Source: Eledone cirrhosa (taxonomy: Eukaryota). Taken from it: a DNA stretch of 64,000 nt. The translations under genes were made by a program, and so were the position numbers. The stretch lies in assembly GCA_964016885.1 (NCBI GenBank), contig OZ024759.1, positions 26,226,001 through 26,290,000 of the forward strand. Direction: 5' to 3'. Positions 46,482-60,739 of this stretch are shown piece by piece (within the stretch, counting starts at the first letter, position 1; each line of letters opens with the position of its first letter). The notes below the pieces were generated by a model, which had not been told where the DNA came from, did no database searches, and saw only the letters and a program-made list of their open reading frames with translations.

Positions 46482-46557
46482 CATACATATATATATATAT
46501 ATATACATACATACATATATACATATATATATATATACATATATATACATATGTATA

Positions 46558-46597
<40 letters not shown>

Positions 46598-46627
46598 CAT
46601 ATACATATATTTATATATTTATATAAC

Positions 46628-46676
<49 letters not shown>

Positions 46677-47291
46677 GTACGCCAAGAAGCGAGAGTGAGT
46701 GTAATGACTAAGGAGGGAGGGAGGGATGCTACAGAGGCTGGAGGGAGACATCAAAGTAAACATGAAGTAGTGGGTTCAATCCTGCCCCTCTGGTTAAATT
46801 ACTTCGCATGTATTGTTAAACTTTCCATGGAAGGTATATAGCGAGACCTCGACATAACCTCTCTTCATAAGGTCGTATGTAACATAAAACTCTGGCTCTT
46901 GTTCTGAAAGTAATCTCGTTTCATACTAAATGTTGTTGTATTGGTGGTTGTTGACGGTAGTAGTAATGTTGTTGTTGTTGTTGTTGTTGTTAATGGTGGT
47001 GATGGTGGCTGATGTTGATTTGTGGTAGTGGTGGTGTTAGTGTTGATGTTGGTGTTGATGGCTGATGGTGTTTATGGCGGTAGTTGTCGTGGAGGTAGTG
47101 ATTCTGGTAGTAGTAGTAGTAGTAGTAGTGATGGTGGGTCGAGGGACACGGTCTCATTAATTTACTTGCTTTTGATTTCAATGTACACACACCTTTGTCA
47201 CATTTGTCACGTGCACACTATCACACGAAATAAACACATACATATATATAAATAGATAGATAGATAGATATTTGCGCATATACGTACAGTT

Positions 47292-47352
<61 letters not shown>

Positions 47353-47794
47353 ATTTTTAAATAGACATCATTATTTTCCGATCGTTATGTAAACACTCCC
47401 TCCATGCACACACACACACACACTAACACACACGCAGACACTAACATACACACACAGAGGCACTAACGCACACACATACATTGTTAGAAGTAACGAGAAG
47501 CCAGAAGAGGTGGCGTTGGAGGGGAAATGAAACCCATCAACACTTTGTCTATGTTTGCGAAGGAAGACCTGACAGATATATACCTAACCTTGTCTGGTCG
47601 CAAGACCATGACTGGCGTTGCTTATTGTTCGGGATGGAGGCCTCTTCTCGTGACCCAGATCAGAGGGTCGCTCCAAGTGAAGCCACTACTCCGAATTAAG
47701 AGATAACATTTCTGAAGGAGTAGATATTTTTATATAGATAATGAAACACATATATAGATACATAGACATATAAACATAAACAGATAGATAGAAA

Positions 47795-47865
<71 letters not shown>

Positions 47866-47871
<6 letters not shown>

Positions 47872-47967
47872 TTCTACAGGACTAGAACTGTTTCATTCTT
47901 GAGAAATCATCAGCGATTCCTGATGATTTCTCAAGAATGAAACAGTTCTAGTCCTGTAGAATCTCAT
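47866..47967. repeat. Perfect 48-bp inverted repeat with a 6-nt loop
   Basis: 47866-47913 is the exact reverse complement of 47920-47967. Confidence 0.97.
47920..47963 (+). ncRNA. Hammerhead-like motif (mirror copy at 47870-47913, minus strand)
   Basis: CUGAUGA-UUUC(UCAA)GAAU-GAAAC-AGUUCUA-GUC^. Stem I pairing is uncertain. Confidence 0.65.
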
Positions 47968-48049
47968 CTATATTAAAACTTTTATACTCTGCTATGTATT
48001 GAGTACCTTACTTACTGTGGTTACCTCCGATTCAACCCGGAATAACTTA

Positions 48050-48092
<43 letters not shown>

Positions 48093-48857
48093 CTTCTATT
48101 TCTATGAAAGAGTCGGGACCCCATATTACCACAGCACAGTCTACTACCACATGTATCGAGTACTCTGGTGAGTAATGGTTTAACGGGTTTTTACTGCATC
48201 CATTTTGATATATATGTGGAGAGAGACAGTGAGCGTGTGAGATAGATACTCCACATAGAACTGAAAGATATAAAGAAAAAAAAGAACACGTCTATGAGGA
48301 AACTGGAATGAACCATCGGGTGTGAAGTATTTCGGACCCAAGAAGACAGGCGATAATGCAATGTCGGCAATAGGACATGAATTGCCGAAGCAAACAACCG
48401 ATTGGGAACGGTTATGGATCTTGAAGGCTATGATAGTGTAATAAGACAGCAGAACAACCTATCAAACTCGGCCAGGTGTGTGACTGATCATTCGTCACAC
48501 TTTAGTCGAGATAAATAAAGCATTTAAAAATATATTAAACATTCTTAAGGGAAACATAAAATTCCCAGAAGACTTCTTCGTCTTTTCCTTCTCCTTCCCT
48601 TTTTCTTTCTTTCGTTATTCGCTTCCCCCACGCTTTTGATTCCAAACAAGATATCAAATTTTCTTAATACGAACGACAATCATTTTAAAGACACCTTATT
48701 AACGTTTGTGGAATTAAACTGGCAAAATTGAGCAGCTATTCGCTGATGGGGAGACAAGTACGGTTTATTCAATTTCATAGCGTCTAACTTCTTCTTCTCC
48801 GTCTACTAATTCTTCTTCTTTTTCTTCTTTTTCTTCTTCTTCTTCTTCTTCTTCTTC

Positions 48858-48910
<53 letters not shown>

Positions 48911-49260
48911 CGCCCGAAGATGCGAGGAGATGGGCTTGAATGTGGCTGGGAGAGGTGGCACGGCGGAGAAGGAAGAGGAGGGGCACAGGAGGGGACATTT
49001 TCCAGTGGCTGGCTCATTACCAAACATACAATAAGAGAGCAATGTGCCAAGATCTGTCAATGATATTAACTGTTGCATAACAACTTTGGTGACACAAAGC
49101 TTTTGCTACATTGGTAAAACGCCAGAACAAAGATTACACTCTTTTCATATTCTCTCTCTATCTCTCTTTCACTAGCTAGTTATTCCTCTCTTAGTTATAT
49201 ATATTAATATATATATATATATTTAATTATATACACGTATATATATATAATTATATACAC

Positions 49261-49302
<42 letters not shown>

Positions 49303-49352
49303 GCATAGACACGCACATATATATGTAGACATATATACATGTATATATACAT

Positions 49353-49432
<80 letters not shown>

Positions 49433-49667
49433 GTTTATATATATGTATATATATATATATATATATATGCATATATATATATAATATGCATATATATACA
49501 TATATATAAATGTATATATACATGTATATATGTCTACATATATATGTGCGTGAATATATATACATGTATACATATGTAAATGTATATATATACATGTATA
49601 TATGTATATATATATATATATATATATGCGTACATATATATATATATATACATGTATATATATATGC

Positions 49668-49707
<40 letters not shown>

Positions 49708-49850
49708 TATATATATATATATATACAATGTATATATATATATATATATATATACAATGTATATATATATATATATATACAATGTATACACACATATATA
49801 TATATATATATATACAATGTATACACACATATATATATATATATATATAC

Positions 49851-50030
<180 letters not shown>

Positions 50031-50055
50031 TATATATATATATATATATACAATG

Positions 50056-50086
<31 letters not shown>

Positions 50087-50122
50087 TATACACACATATA
50101 TATATATATATATACAATGTAT

Positions 50123-50154
<32 letters not shown>

Positions 50155-52756
50155 TTGTGTGTGTGGACAAACAATTTAATATCAATTATTAAACCTGCAA
50201 CGACAACAGAAAACGCTCACAAAATATAACAGAAATATTAAATTAAAAACAACGACAACAACAACGAAGTTTCCCAATGGTTTTTAAAGTTTTTATTTTA
50301 TTTTTCATATTTCAATATTTACTTTAATATATTATTTATTCTGCAATATGTAATGCAAGGATCGCTTCGCTCTAATGTCCATTGTCCCAAGCACATTTTT
50401 ACACATTACAAGTTAAAAAAAAAAAAATTATAAACGAAAAAAAAAAAACTCATAAAAGAATGAAAAAAAATGTCAAAATAATTTTGGTAAAACAAAAACC
50501 AAATATACCCCCACACTACCTCATAATCCTGAAGTCTATTTCTCAATTTTCACGAATGTTTCATCCAGATGAACTACATTACATGTTATTATTAAAATGA
50601 CTGTTTTTTCACGTTATCCGCCATTTTGGTTTTTGAGTTTCTTGGTTTTATATTATTATTATTATTCACCGTTTTATGTTATTTTTTCTTGTTCTTTTTA
50701 TTTTTGGTAATCTGCCCATGTAATACCCCCTCTAGTGTTTCGTCCTTGAGGCAAATAAAGGCTCTTTTATTGCCATTCTTATTGTTATTATTAATAATAA
50801 CATTATTATTTACATATATTCAATGAAAGCTACGACGAATGTCCCTTTATCGCGGAGCTTCATGACATGTTTAGTTGTCAAATTTTTTTTATTTTTTATT
50901 TTTTAGAAAATTTGTTACGAAGTTTGGAATTTTGTTGTCATTATTGTTGTTGTTATGTTGTTGTTGTTACAGTTGTTGCTTATGCTTAGCTCCATGGAAA
51001 CCACTAATCGGGCAGATCTATGCTTAAATGCGTACCACCTTTTACCGTCACTCATATTATTTTATAAAGAAATCATCAATATTATTATTATTAGTTTTTT
51101 CTTTTATTTATATTCATATTTACATTTTTAAAAGTGCGTCCTTCTATATTTTAAAAGACGGTAGTGTGTTATTTGAGGGAGGTGTGGTTGCTATTTCTAG
51201 CAAGTAGAGCTAATTCATAGGCGATATCTCTTTCGTTTTATTTTGTAAAAATGATTACGTCTTGATGTTATGATGTAACAAGTCCTTTGGATTTCTCTCC
51301 GGTTTAGAGATGTCGCCGACATTGTCTTTTGTGATTCTTACCTCGACACGCAGTATATTATAATAATGACAATTATTATTAATATCATCATTAATTTTAA
51401 TTTCATTGTGTACCGATAATGCTTTACTGAGAAGCACAGATCTGTGTATTTAGCTCTGTACAGTGTTATGTTTCAGTAGTGTTATTTTCTGTATATTGCA
51501 AATATTTGTATGGCTTGGCGCTTTTGTTGTGTATCTGTATCTGTTATTATTGTTGTACAGTATTTAATTTTTAAAATATATTTTGCATTGTTTTCGTTTA
51601 TTTACTCCACGTATGTCAATGCTGTGCTTATGTTCAATTTTAACTCTTTATCTGATGGACTTTTGTCATGTTTTCCTGGTGCATGTTTTCCTTTTTGTTA
51701 TGGATTTTTTGTAGCTGTTATTTTTGTTATTATTGCTGTTGTTATAGCCTTTGTTGCTGTTATTGTTGTTGCAACTGTCGCTTTCATATATTTTCTTTCT
51801 ATTCCATCGTATCTGACAACGTTTTTGCTTCTTTATAATTTAAAATTGATTACTATTTTGTAATATTTTATTTCATTCTTTTTTCGTATTTTACCTAATT
51901 TCTGAAATTTACGAAACATCCACAGGAGTTTCAAAACGCTGTTTTCTCCATTGTTTTTATATAACATAACATAACTCACGATCCAAATAAATAGGATATG
52001 GAGGAACTAAATCACAGAATTCCTTCATTTTAATTATTATTATTATTAGTTTCATGTGAAACCTCTTGAAGCATATATATATATATTTCACTTCTCCAAT
52101 AATTTTCAGTGGATTCATTAAATTAAAGATATCCCCGAAATTCACTGTCTCAAGCTGCTATTGGTGTTGATGTTTAGAATCAGACCTGATTGAGCAGAAC
52201 AAATCCTCAGTGAACAAAGACGTAACAATCTTGTCTTTTTACACGACGACATTGCATCTGGGATCTCATTACACAATAGTATGTTCTCCTTCCTTAAGAC
52301 AGTGGTATATAGATTGAGGGAACTTTGGCTCCTGTTTCTAGCAGGTATAATGGCCACGTAGATTCTCCCTTATTTGCTACTGTTGTAGTTGCTGCCGTTT
52401 TTGTTGTTGTTGTTGTTGTTATCATCTTGGTATCCAATGCTCCTAGTTGTAGATAATTATTATCTCTCAGTGATCGTATTAATTACTTAATTAAATAATT
52501 AATAACCATTGATAAATATATCTGATTGTCATGTTTTCTGTTTAAATTGACCGTATATTTTTATGATATATTATTTTGTCACCTAATTCCGTAAAAATTA
52601 AACCAAAAAGCGATCCACATATCATCACTATTGCTGTTGTTATAATAAATATATTCTTATTGTTGTTATTGTTACTGTTGCTATGATTGTTGTTGTATAT
52701 ATTTGTTATTTGGTTTAGTAATGTTTATTTATATATATGTATGTATGTGCATGTTA

Positions 52757-52803
<47 letters not shown>

Positions 52804-53004
52804 AAAATGTATATATGTACGTTTATATATATATATATATATATATACAAAAATGTATATATGTATGTATACATACAATTATGTGTATATATGTCTGTGT
52901 GTGACATTAGTTTTTCCTCTTTTAGTCCTTTTATTCTCAAGCATTTTTTTATTTTACTCTTTATTTTTCTCATTTCTGTTTCAAAATTCTTCATATATAC
53001 ATAC

Positions 53005-53042
<38 letters not shown>

Positions 53043-53093
53043 TTTTGTAGGTTTGTTTGCTTTGTTCCCCTCATTTTTCTCTGATTACCAATT

Positions 53094-53777
<684 letters not shown>

Positions 53778-53920
53778 TTAAATGTTTAAGGAATAAATTA
53801 TATATACAGAGAGAGTGAGATAGAGTGAGTCAGATAGAGAGAGAAAGAGAGAGAGAGAAAGAGTGAGAGAGTTTGTATGTACATACATATATATATATAA
53901 CCTAAACACCCAGTTGGACC

Positions 53921-54120
53921 NNNNNNNNNNNNNNNNNNNNNNNNNNNNNNNNNNNNNNNNNNNNNNNNNNNNNNNNNNNNNNNNNNNNNNNNNNNNNNNN
54001 NNNNNNNNNNNNNNNNNNNNNNNNNNNNNNNNNNNNNNNNNNNNNNNNNNNNNNNNNNNNNNNNNNNNNNNNNNNNNNNNNNNNNNNNNNNNNNNNNNNN
54101 NNNNNNNNNNNNNNNNNNNN
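53921..54120. other. Assembly gap (200 N) within the presumed NK1 intron
   Basis: Run of exactly 200 N. A round number suggests a placeholder scaffolding gap of unknown true size. Confidence 0.99.
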
Positions 54121-54228
54121 TGTATTTGTATGATTACTATTCAGATTTGATGTATATGTTTAATTGACATTCATTACATTTTATTGTTGTTTATACAATT
54201 AACCTCAATTATAATTATGACACCATGT

Positions 54229-54281
<53 letters not shown>

Positions 54282-54347
54282 GATAGTGCGTGACTCATGT
54301 GTTTTTGTGTGCGTAGCTATGTATGTATGTATTTATATATATATATG

Positions 54348-54408
<61 letters not shown>

Positions 54409-55000
54409 TCAAATATATATATCCATGTATATGTATGTTGACCTGTTTATTTATGCCTTTTTGGTTCGTGTGCCTATTGTGTATGCGCTTCTGTATTGTT
54501 TAAATGTGTGTGAGTCTATGTTTGTGTGTGTGTGTGCTACGTTCTCGCCCCTCTTACTAATATTGCCAAATCATTTAGCGTCATGACATATGTTCGAATT
54601 AGGCATACATTTTGATATTCTCATATTCACATAGACACCCAAACACAGAGAGAAGAGAGAGCCGTGTGCACACAAACACATACTCACGCATACATATAGA
54701 TATACATTGACATAGTGCCACATATATAGCATTTCTAATAAAGGGACGAATGTTAGTCTTAGGACGATAGCCTGGTACGATTGTATATACACACGTGTAT
54801 ATACATACGCTCACATACGGATATGCATACACACATACATAAGCACAATTTAGCAATATATGTAACACATTAGTAAAGAATATATACGTATGTATATGTT
54901 ATACTTATATATATAATATATATATACATATATATGTATATACATATATAATATATATATGCATAAATATGTATATACATATATATATGTATATATATAC

Positions 55001-55031
<31 letters not shown>

Positions 55032-55089
55032 CATATATATATATACATATATATATATACATATATATATATACATATATATATATAGC

Positions 55090-55144
<55 letters not shown>

Positions 55145-55536
55145 CTTATATATACAAATATATATATACATACTTTCACACAAACACACACACACACACA
55201 AATATATATATTTATTTATATATATATATGGCACGGACATTTGCTGAAGCAAAAAGATACCAAAAAAAATGTTTTATACTTAATATATAAACTATTATAT
55301 AAAAATATATAAAGAAAAAATAGAGAAATTGGATTAATAAAAATTTTTAAATTAATGCCGTCATAAAATAGTGATTAATTGCAATGTATCAATTTGAAAT
55401 TCCATGAAAATTTATTTTTATTATTATTATTGGTGAATTTATTTTGTTATAGTTTTATATATTTTATATTTTTATGTCATTTTATATATGTTCTTTGTTT
55501 TTTGTTTTGTTATTGTGTAATTTTATTCGATTTTAT

Positions 55537-55628
55537 TGTAAAGCCCCACTTTCCCTGTCTTTGTATTTTCCCCTATATGTGGGCCCTTGTGGCCAATAAA
55601 GAAAATTATTATTGTTATTATTATTATT
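55537..55628 (+). mobile_element. LINE-type 3' terminus (TGTAAA…CTTTGTA…CCCTTGTGGCCAATAAAGAAA) followed by (TTA)n
   Basis: Homologous to 781-845 and 14843-14985; a poly(A) signal is followed by a simple-repeat tail. Confidence 0.65.
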
Positions 55629-56690
55629 GGCTGTCAGTCAGTGTTTGTTTGAGCTCCGCAAAGTGATACATTTTCCGTTTTATTTTCAATTGTGTTATTG
55701 TTTGAAAGGGGTCGTAAGACTTCCATCTTTGCATCGTGAAGGGGAGACTGTATAATATTTGAACCTTTTGGCACAAATATTTTAACTTTGTTTAAAAAAG
55801 AAATTGCTCGAAAAAAATAAACATAGCTGAGTCACGCCCCCCAACTCGTGAGATAGTGGCTTAAACATTGAGAGGAGGCGTACGGCAATCACAACAAGCA
55901 CCATTGCTAAAATAAGTAAAAAAAAATTTTATTACAGACACAACATGCAGCAACAAATTTAGTAACACCACCACAAACAACATGAACAACGACAGTGAGA
56001 ACACTAACTTTAAAAAAAAACGAGAACAGATGTAACAGGATCAACAGCAACAAGAACAACGACAATACCAACACCACAAACAACAACAGCAACGACAACA
56101 AAGAGAAAGACTCTTTCGCTGCCGTAACAGCCAAGAAATGGCCACGCTTTAGCATGCACCTGACTGACAAAGAATAAAGGTTGGCCCTGGTATAGAAGCT
56201 CATCAAACAGGAGCAAATCTTGACCAACTTAACTGTCCCGGCAGAGGCCATAGAAGCTATGGAGAAGAGAACTCTGGTCTTTAGATGCATCTCATCTGAG
56301 ACAAAAATAGTTACCAACACTCCCCAAACAGTCGTGGAGGCTGCTCTGGGGTGGATCAAAGATGATGCAGAATACATAGCGAAGGGCAGAAAATACGGCA
56401 CCATCTCGGTGCTGTTAAAGTCAGAAGCCATCGCTTTGAAGCACACAATGACCCCTTACAAAACCAGCAAGTTTATAATGCACCCTTTCCACATGGGAAA
56501 AAGAACAGTTAGAGTCTGCATTACCGGGATTCCACCAGGACCAGATATGTGGTGGCTCTTGGGATACGTGATTGTGGACGGGACAGATGCCGTCCCGATA
56601 GAGGTAATAGAACAGCCAAGACAGACGTGAGCTGAGCAATTCCAGGTAGATGTGTGAGGCCTTTCGCCAGCACTTTGCTCGGCTGTTCGG
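55629..56690 (+). mobile_element. 5' UTR and decayed ORF1 (gag/RRM-like) of a non-LTR retrotransposon, probably Tx1/L1-type
   Basis: ORFs 55995-56177 and 56220-56630 share one frame broken by two stops. Motifs SFAAVT and MGKRTVRVCITGIPP resemble LINE ORF1. The region begins with an Inr-like TCAGTCAGT right after a (TTA)n tail. The clade assignment is tentative. Confidence 0.55.
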
Positions 56691-56712
56691 GGGATGTGAC
56701 GAGTCGGAGACT

Positions 56713-56889
56713 GTGGCGGTCTTTACGTTCTGAGTTCAAATCCCACCGAGGTTAGCTTCGTTTTTCATCCTTGCTGGGTCGATAAAATAAAGTACCAGTA
56801 ATGTACTGGGGTCGATCTAATCAACTTTCCCCTCCCCAGAAATTGCTGACCTTGTGCCTGAATTAGAAACCATTATTATTATTATTATT
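56713..56889 (+). mobile_element. Family-A SINE (long subtype) with (TTA)n tail
   Basis: GAGTTCAAATCCCACCGAGG…GGGTCGATAAAATAAAGTACCAG…GGGGTCGATCTAATCAAC…GAAACCATTATT. Confidence 0.85.
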
Positions 56890-57235
56890 TTTAATTTAAA
56901 AAAAATCAGTAGAGTCGTATGACAACAACTATGTGCTAGATTTGTTTTGGAAGTTGTAAATTGATATCTTCCTCCCTATCCCCTCTCTCACACACAAACA
57001 CCCACCCACACACACGCACACACACACTTCCTGTTAAGTGTTTGAAATATCTTCCCTGTGTTTACCGTAATTCCTTTATTGAGTAACTAATTATACAATA
57101 CGAAACTGATGATGTTGCCAGGATTTTGCTTAATTTGATTTTGCCATTGAAATATATATATATAGTGTTTTTTGCAACAATAAAATTTTAATGGAACCTC
57201 ACCAGTTCAGCCTCCTGTTATTTTTAATCAAAATA

Positions 57236-57268
<33 letters not shown>

Positions 57269-57602
57269 AGTAATGATAAATGTGATGACTAAAATTCGAA
57301 ATGGGCTCGATAAGGATTATATATAATATATATATAAAACCGTAGAGCAATAATTTATTATAAGACCAGATTAAAGTTTAACAAAGAATCCTGCTTTCAC
57401 CCTTAACACGATCTTCTAAAACTAAAAAGAAATGAAGTCTGAATAGTGCTCAACCGAGGGGAGCCAAATAGTATATGTATATATATAATTAAAGAAAAAA
57501 GTATGCAATATGCTAATATGCAAATCAGGCCAATCAGTCACTGTGTATTTTAGAAAATAGCATATATTTTCTCTGGCTCTGACAGTTGGCAGGGGAACAG
57601 TA

Positions 57603-57635
57603 CTGATGAAGGGTCATGCCCAGAAACATTAGTGT
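57603..57635 (+). ncRNA. Degenerate hammerhead core
   Basis: CUGAUGA-A-GGGU(CAU)GCCC-A-GAAACAUU. Confidence 0.5.
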
Positions 57636-58092
57636 CTGCAGTTCTGTTTACATGCCAACACAAGAGCAAGAATGAAGGGCTCATTCTACTGACATGGCTA
57701 TAAAAATGAGGCTTGTTTGTATAATTGCAAACGAATCGAATGTTATTATTAATATTCAAAAAACTCAGATTACATTTACATATATATATATATATATATA
57801 TATTAGAGTATGTGGTTAACCGATCAGAGATGCGCAAACCACATTATGGTCTGTTGGTTTAAAGCAGATAAAAAGAAGCGCTCAACGACCTGTATAATTG
57901 GTGGAAGTCAGAGCATTGTATATTAATAAAAGATCAGAAGTCATATTCAGTTGATTCAGGTTTGTTTAATACTCCGTTATACATATTTCACTGAGGACTA
58001 AAAAACCAATGGAAGTTCCCCCAAAAGTTTAAATTTGGAAGAATCCAATAATTTCCCCGAAAAAGATTTTCGTTTTATAATACGTCTGGCCC

Positions 58093-58138
<46 letters not shown>

Positions 58139-58206
58139 CGAAGGAAATGTGGTAAGGAACCAGGTGGACCATAACGCACCAAAGTACTCAATACTTAGTC
58201 CAGAAT

Positions 58207-58243
58207 TAGCCGTCGAAACGGCTTGAGCTCTGCCGTCGGGGTC
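58207..58243 (+). ncRNA. 3' half of a hammerhead (stem II 3' strand, GAAA, stem III, GUC site); related copies at 58926-58961 (+), 13833-13876 (-) and 9984-10016 (+)
   Basis: AGCCGUC-GAAA-CGGC(UUGAGCUCU)GCCG-UC^GGGGUC. The CUGANGA half is absent from all four copies. Confidence 0.6.
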
Positions 58244-58359
58244 ATACTTGTTCCTATATATATATTTAGATTGAGTACTCTCCACAATATTACACCAAGA
58301 TTGACCATACGGAATGACCAGTTCTATCCATATATATATATATATATATATATATATCA

Positions 58360-58391
<32 letters not shown>

Positions 58392-58451
58392 ACGTGGAAG
58401 TGAAGAGGCAGTACAAATATTAGTTTCACGCTTGAGAGTGGGGGATGGGGG

Positions 58452-58484
58452 ACGACGTTTCGGGCATAAGCCCTTCATCAGGAG
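58452..58484 (-). ncRNA. Minimal hammerhead core (Penelope-type) within a minus-strand pLTR-like segment (about 58390-58870)
   Basis: CUGAUGA-A-GGGC(UUAU)GCCC-GAAACGUC^. Stem I pairs poorly. The tail CACTCTCAAG…CGTGAAACTAATA recurs at about 40885-40920. Confidence 0.7.
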
Positions 58485-58873
58485 AAAAGTGGGCAGGCAG
58501 AGTGTTCCGAGGGTGTGTGGGGGAGTGGTAGAGAGACATTAAAAAAGGGGGGGGGGTTAAGAGAGTAAAAAAAATTTAAATAAAACGAAACAAGTGCTGA
58601 AAGGGTGTGAGATGTGTAGGGGTGTTGGTGGGTGGAGGGGGTGGAGAGGGAGACGGGAGATCCGAGCGGGGAGGACTGAAGGTGGTGTGTGTGTGTGTAT
58701 GTGTGTAGGTGTACGTGTGTGTGTGTGTGTGGATGTGAATGTGAGAGTTGGGGGAAGAACGAGGTTTCATGTTCGGGTAATAGGGAAACCGGTGTGTATA
58801 TGGGTGGGGTGTAAGTCGGTGTGTGTGTGCGTGTGGATGGAGAGGGGTCAGAGGGGTTAGGGGAGAGGAGGCG

Positions 58874-58905
<32 letters not shown>

Positions 58906-59180
58906 TTATATATGAGTCCAGAATTAGCCGTCGAAACGGCTTGAGCTCAGCTGTCGGGGTCTTACTGGTTCCTATTACCCACTCTACTACCTCAAGTATT
59001 GAGTACTTTGGTGCGTTATGGTCCACCTGGTTCCTTACCACATTTCCTTCGTTATATTTATATATATATATTTAGAGAGAGAGAGAGAGAGAGAGAGAGA
59101 GCTGACTCGTCAGTGGCAGAGGGCATCACCAGTTTCTGTTTTCAGTATGTTGCCTAGCAACTACATCTATATAAGATATT

Positions 59181-59240
59181 TACTCTTTTACTCTTTTACC
59201 TGTTTCAGCCATCCGGCTGAGGCCATGCTGGGGCACGGCA
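59181..59240 (-). mobile_element. Isolated LINE/SINE 3' tail shared with the 45616-45993 element
   Basis: Minus strand reads GTGCCCCAGCATGGCCTCAGCCGGATGGCTGAAACAGG followed by (TAAAAGAG)2. Confidence 0.75.
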
Positions 59241-59346
59241 TATGTTTTCTTTAAAAAATTAAAATTTACCAACAATTTTTGTTTTCTTTTTATTTATTCT
59301 TTATTTATTGTTGTTATTCTTTTAATTTTCAATATCTGTATCTATA

Positions 59347-60345
59347 CAGGTAAAATTCCGTTATAACGAATATCATTAAAACGAATTTTTAAGTAAAATT
59401 TTTTTTTTTCAATCACCAGCTTATTAAAATAATGATAAAAAATCTTTATTCATTACAACGAACGAAAATTGAACCCCAAACAACCAAAATTCCTTGCTAC
59501 AACGAAAGAAAAAAAAATGTGACACACTCCTTCTTGCAGAATTGTCATCGAACCAAAGACTCGAACCCCAAAATGCTGCTTCAAATTCCTCACGTGATAT
59601 TTTTTTCTTACACACAAGCGGTTTTTCTACTAGCAGACACGGGATTATCCAAGTATCGATGTTCAAACATAATAGACTCGTCCTTTACAAACGTTTTTCT
59701 TCATTTCTTGTCGTTAGAAGCCTCGGTGAAGTTCTTAAACTGTAATATCACAACTAATTAACTACAGTATTTCTACAGTGACATTTCAATATCTTCTTTG
59801 TTATTATTTTATAATTCTTAGCACACACTAAATTAAAAAACATTTTTGCTATAATTCAATAAAGTCATAAATTCAGTATAGAGTATCTATTTGAAAAAAA
59901 AAAAAAAATTCATTCTTAGTAATTCGATTGATTCTTTGTCGACCTACCATTGAAATTTTGATACTTTTGCACACACAAGGAACAAAGTAAATTGTACTGT
60001 TTTATTTTGGTTTTGCGAAATTTCTAATTGGACCCCAAAGTAAAGGATACCTATTTATTACTGTGATTTTATATAAATTATGGAAAACAATGCGAAAAAA
60101 AGGTGACAGTTTTTGTTTTACGAAAAGTTAGAAATTCTGAAAGCTGTTGACTCTGGGAATAGAAAGACATTGCGTTACAGTTTAATATTATTCCGTCGAC
60201 ATTGTCCACGGTTGTTAAGAATCAGTCTAAAGTTGAAGAACAATCTAAAGAGGCAATTTTTTTATTCACAACGAAAACCTAATGGCTGCGATGTTCGAAG
60301 ATATTTGAAATAGATATCTTATTGCATGATACAGTCCTATTGCAG
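59347..60345 (+). mobile_element. Truncated Tigger/pogo DNA transposon (left TIR plus decayed CENP-B-type HTH)
   Basis: TA|CAGGTAAAATTCCGTTATAACGAA resembles a Tigger TIR. From ATG 60080 the frame reads MENNAKKR*QFLFYEKLEILKAVDSG, then after a frameshift KDIALQFNIIPSTLSTVVKNQSKV, the N-terminal HTH_psq of pogo transposases. Confidence 0.75.
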
Positions 60346-60375
60346 GTATGTTTACATTCATTTATTTTTTTATTC

Positions 60376-60567
60376 CATGGTACTCAAACTTTTTGGGGAA
60401 CGCCCCACCCCTCCTCACGGTCATGTAATACCCTCAACGCCCCAACCCTATTTCCAGAGAGACCTTCTTACATGCAAATTGTAAATAATATATAATAAAT
60501 AAAACCGATAATTTATATATAAAAAAGATATATACACGATGTATAAATAAATACATATTTTTTATTT

Positions 60568-60606
<39 letters not shown>

Positions 60607-60728
60607 AATATTTAATATACTATTATATCATCTCTACCCCCCCCCTCCACTGTTTCCTTAAGTCATAGCAGCCCCTGGACCTTCTCAATGACCCCCGGAG
60701 GGGGTAACGCCCAATTTGAGAACCTATG
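60376..60728. mobile_element. hAT (Charlie-like) MITE
   Basis: Imperfect TIRs CATGGTACTCAAACT … AATTTGAGAACCTATG resemble CAGTGGTTCTCAAACT-type ends. No intact 8-bp TSD is visible. Confidence 0.5.
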
Positions 60729-60739
60729 GTTTAACTTTT

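Noticed and set aside
47482-47708. TGTTA…TAACA segment resembling a solo LTR (similar segment at about 46700-46884)
   Set aside because: No matching target-site duplication and no second copy in the window.
50280-53093. Long NK1 3' UTR with a poly(A) signal near 50292
   Set aside because: Plausible, but AATAAA is frequent in this AT-rich DNA and the endpoint cannot be fixed without transcripts.
57514-57542. Octamer ATGCAAAT plus CCAAT as an NK1 promoter
   Set aside because: No adjacent exon or start site is identifiable, it lies beyond an assembly gap, and the motifs are short.
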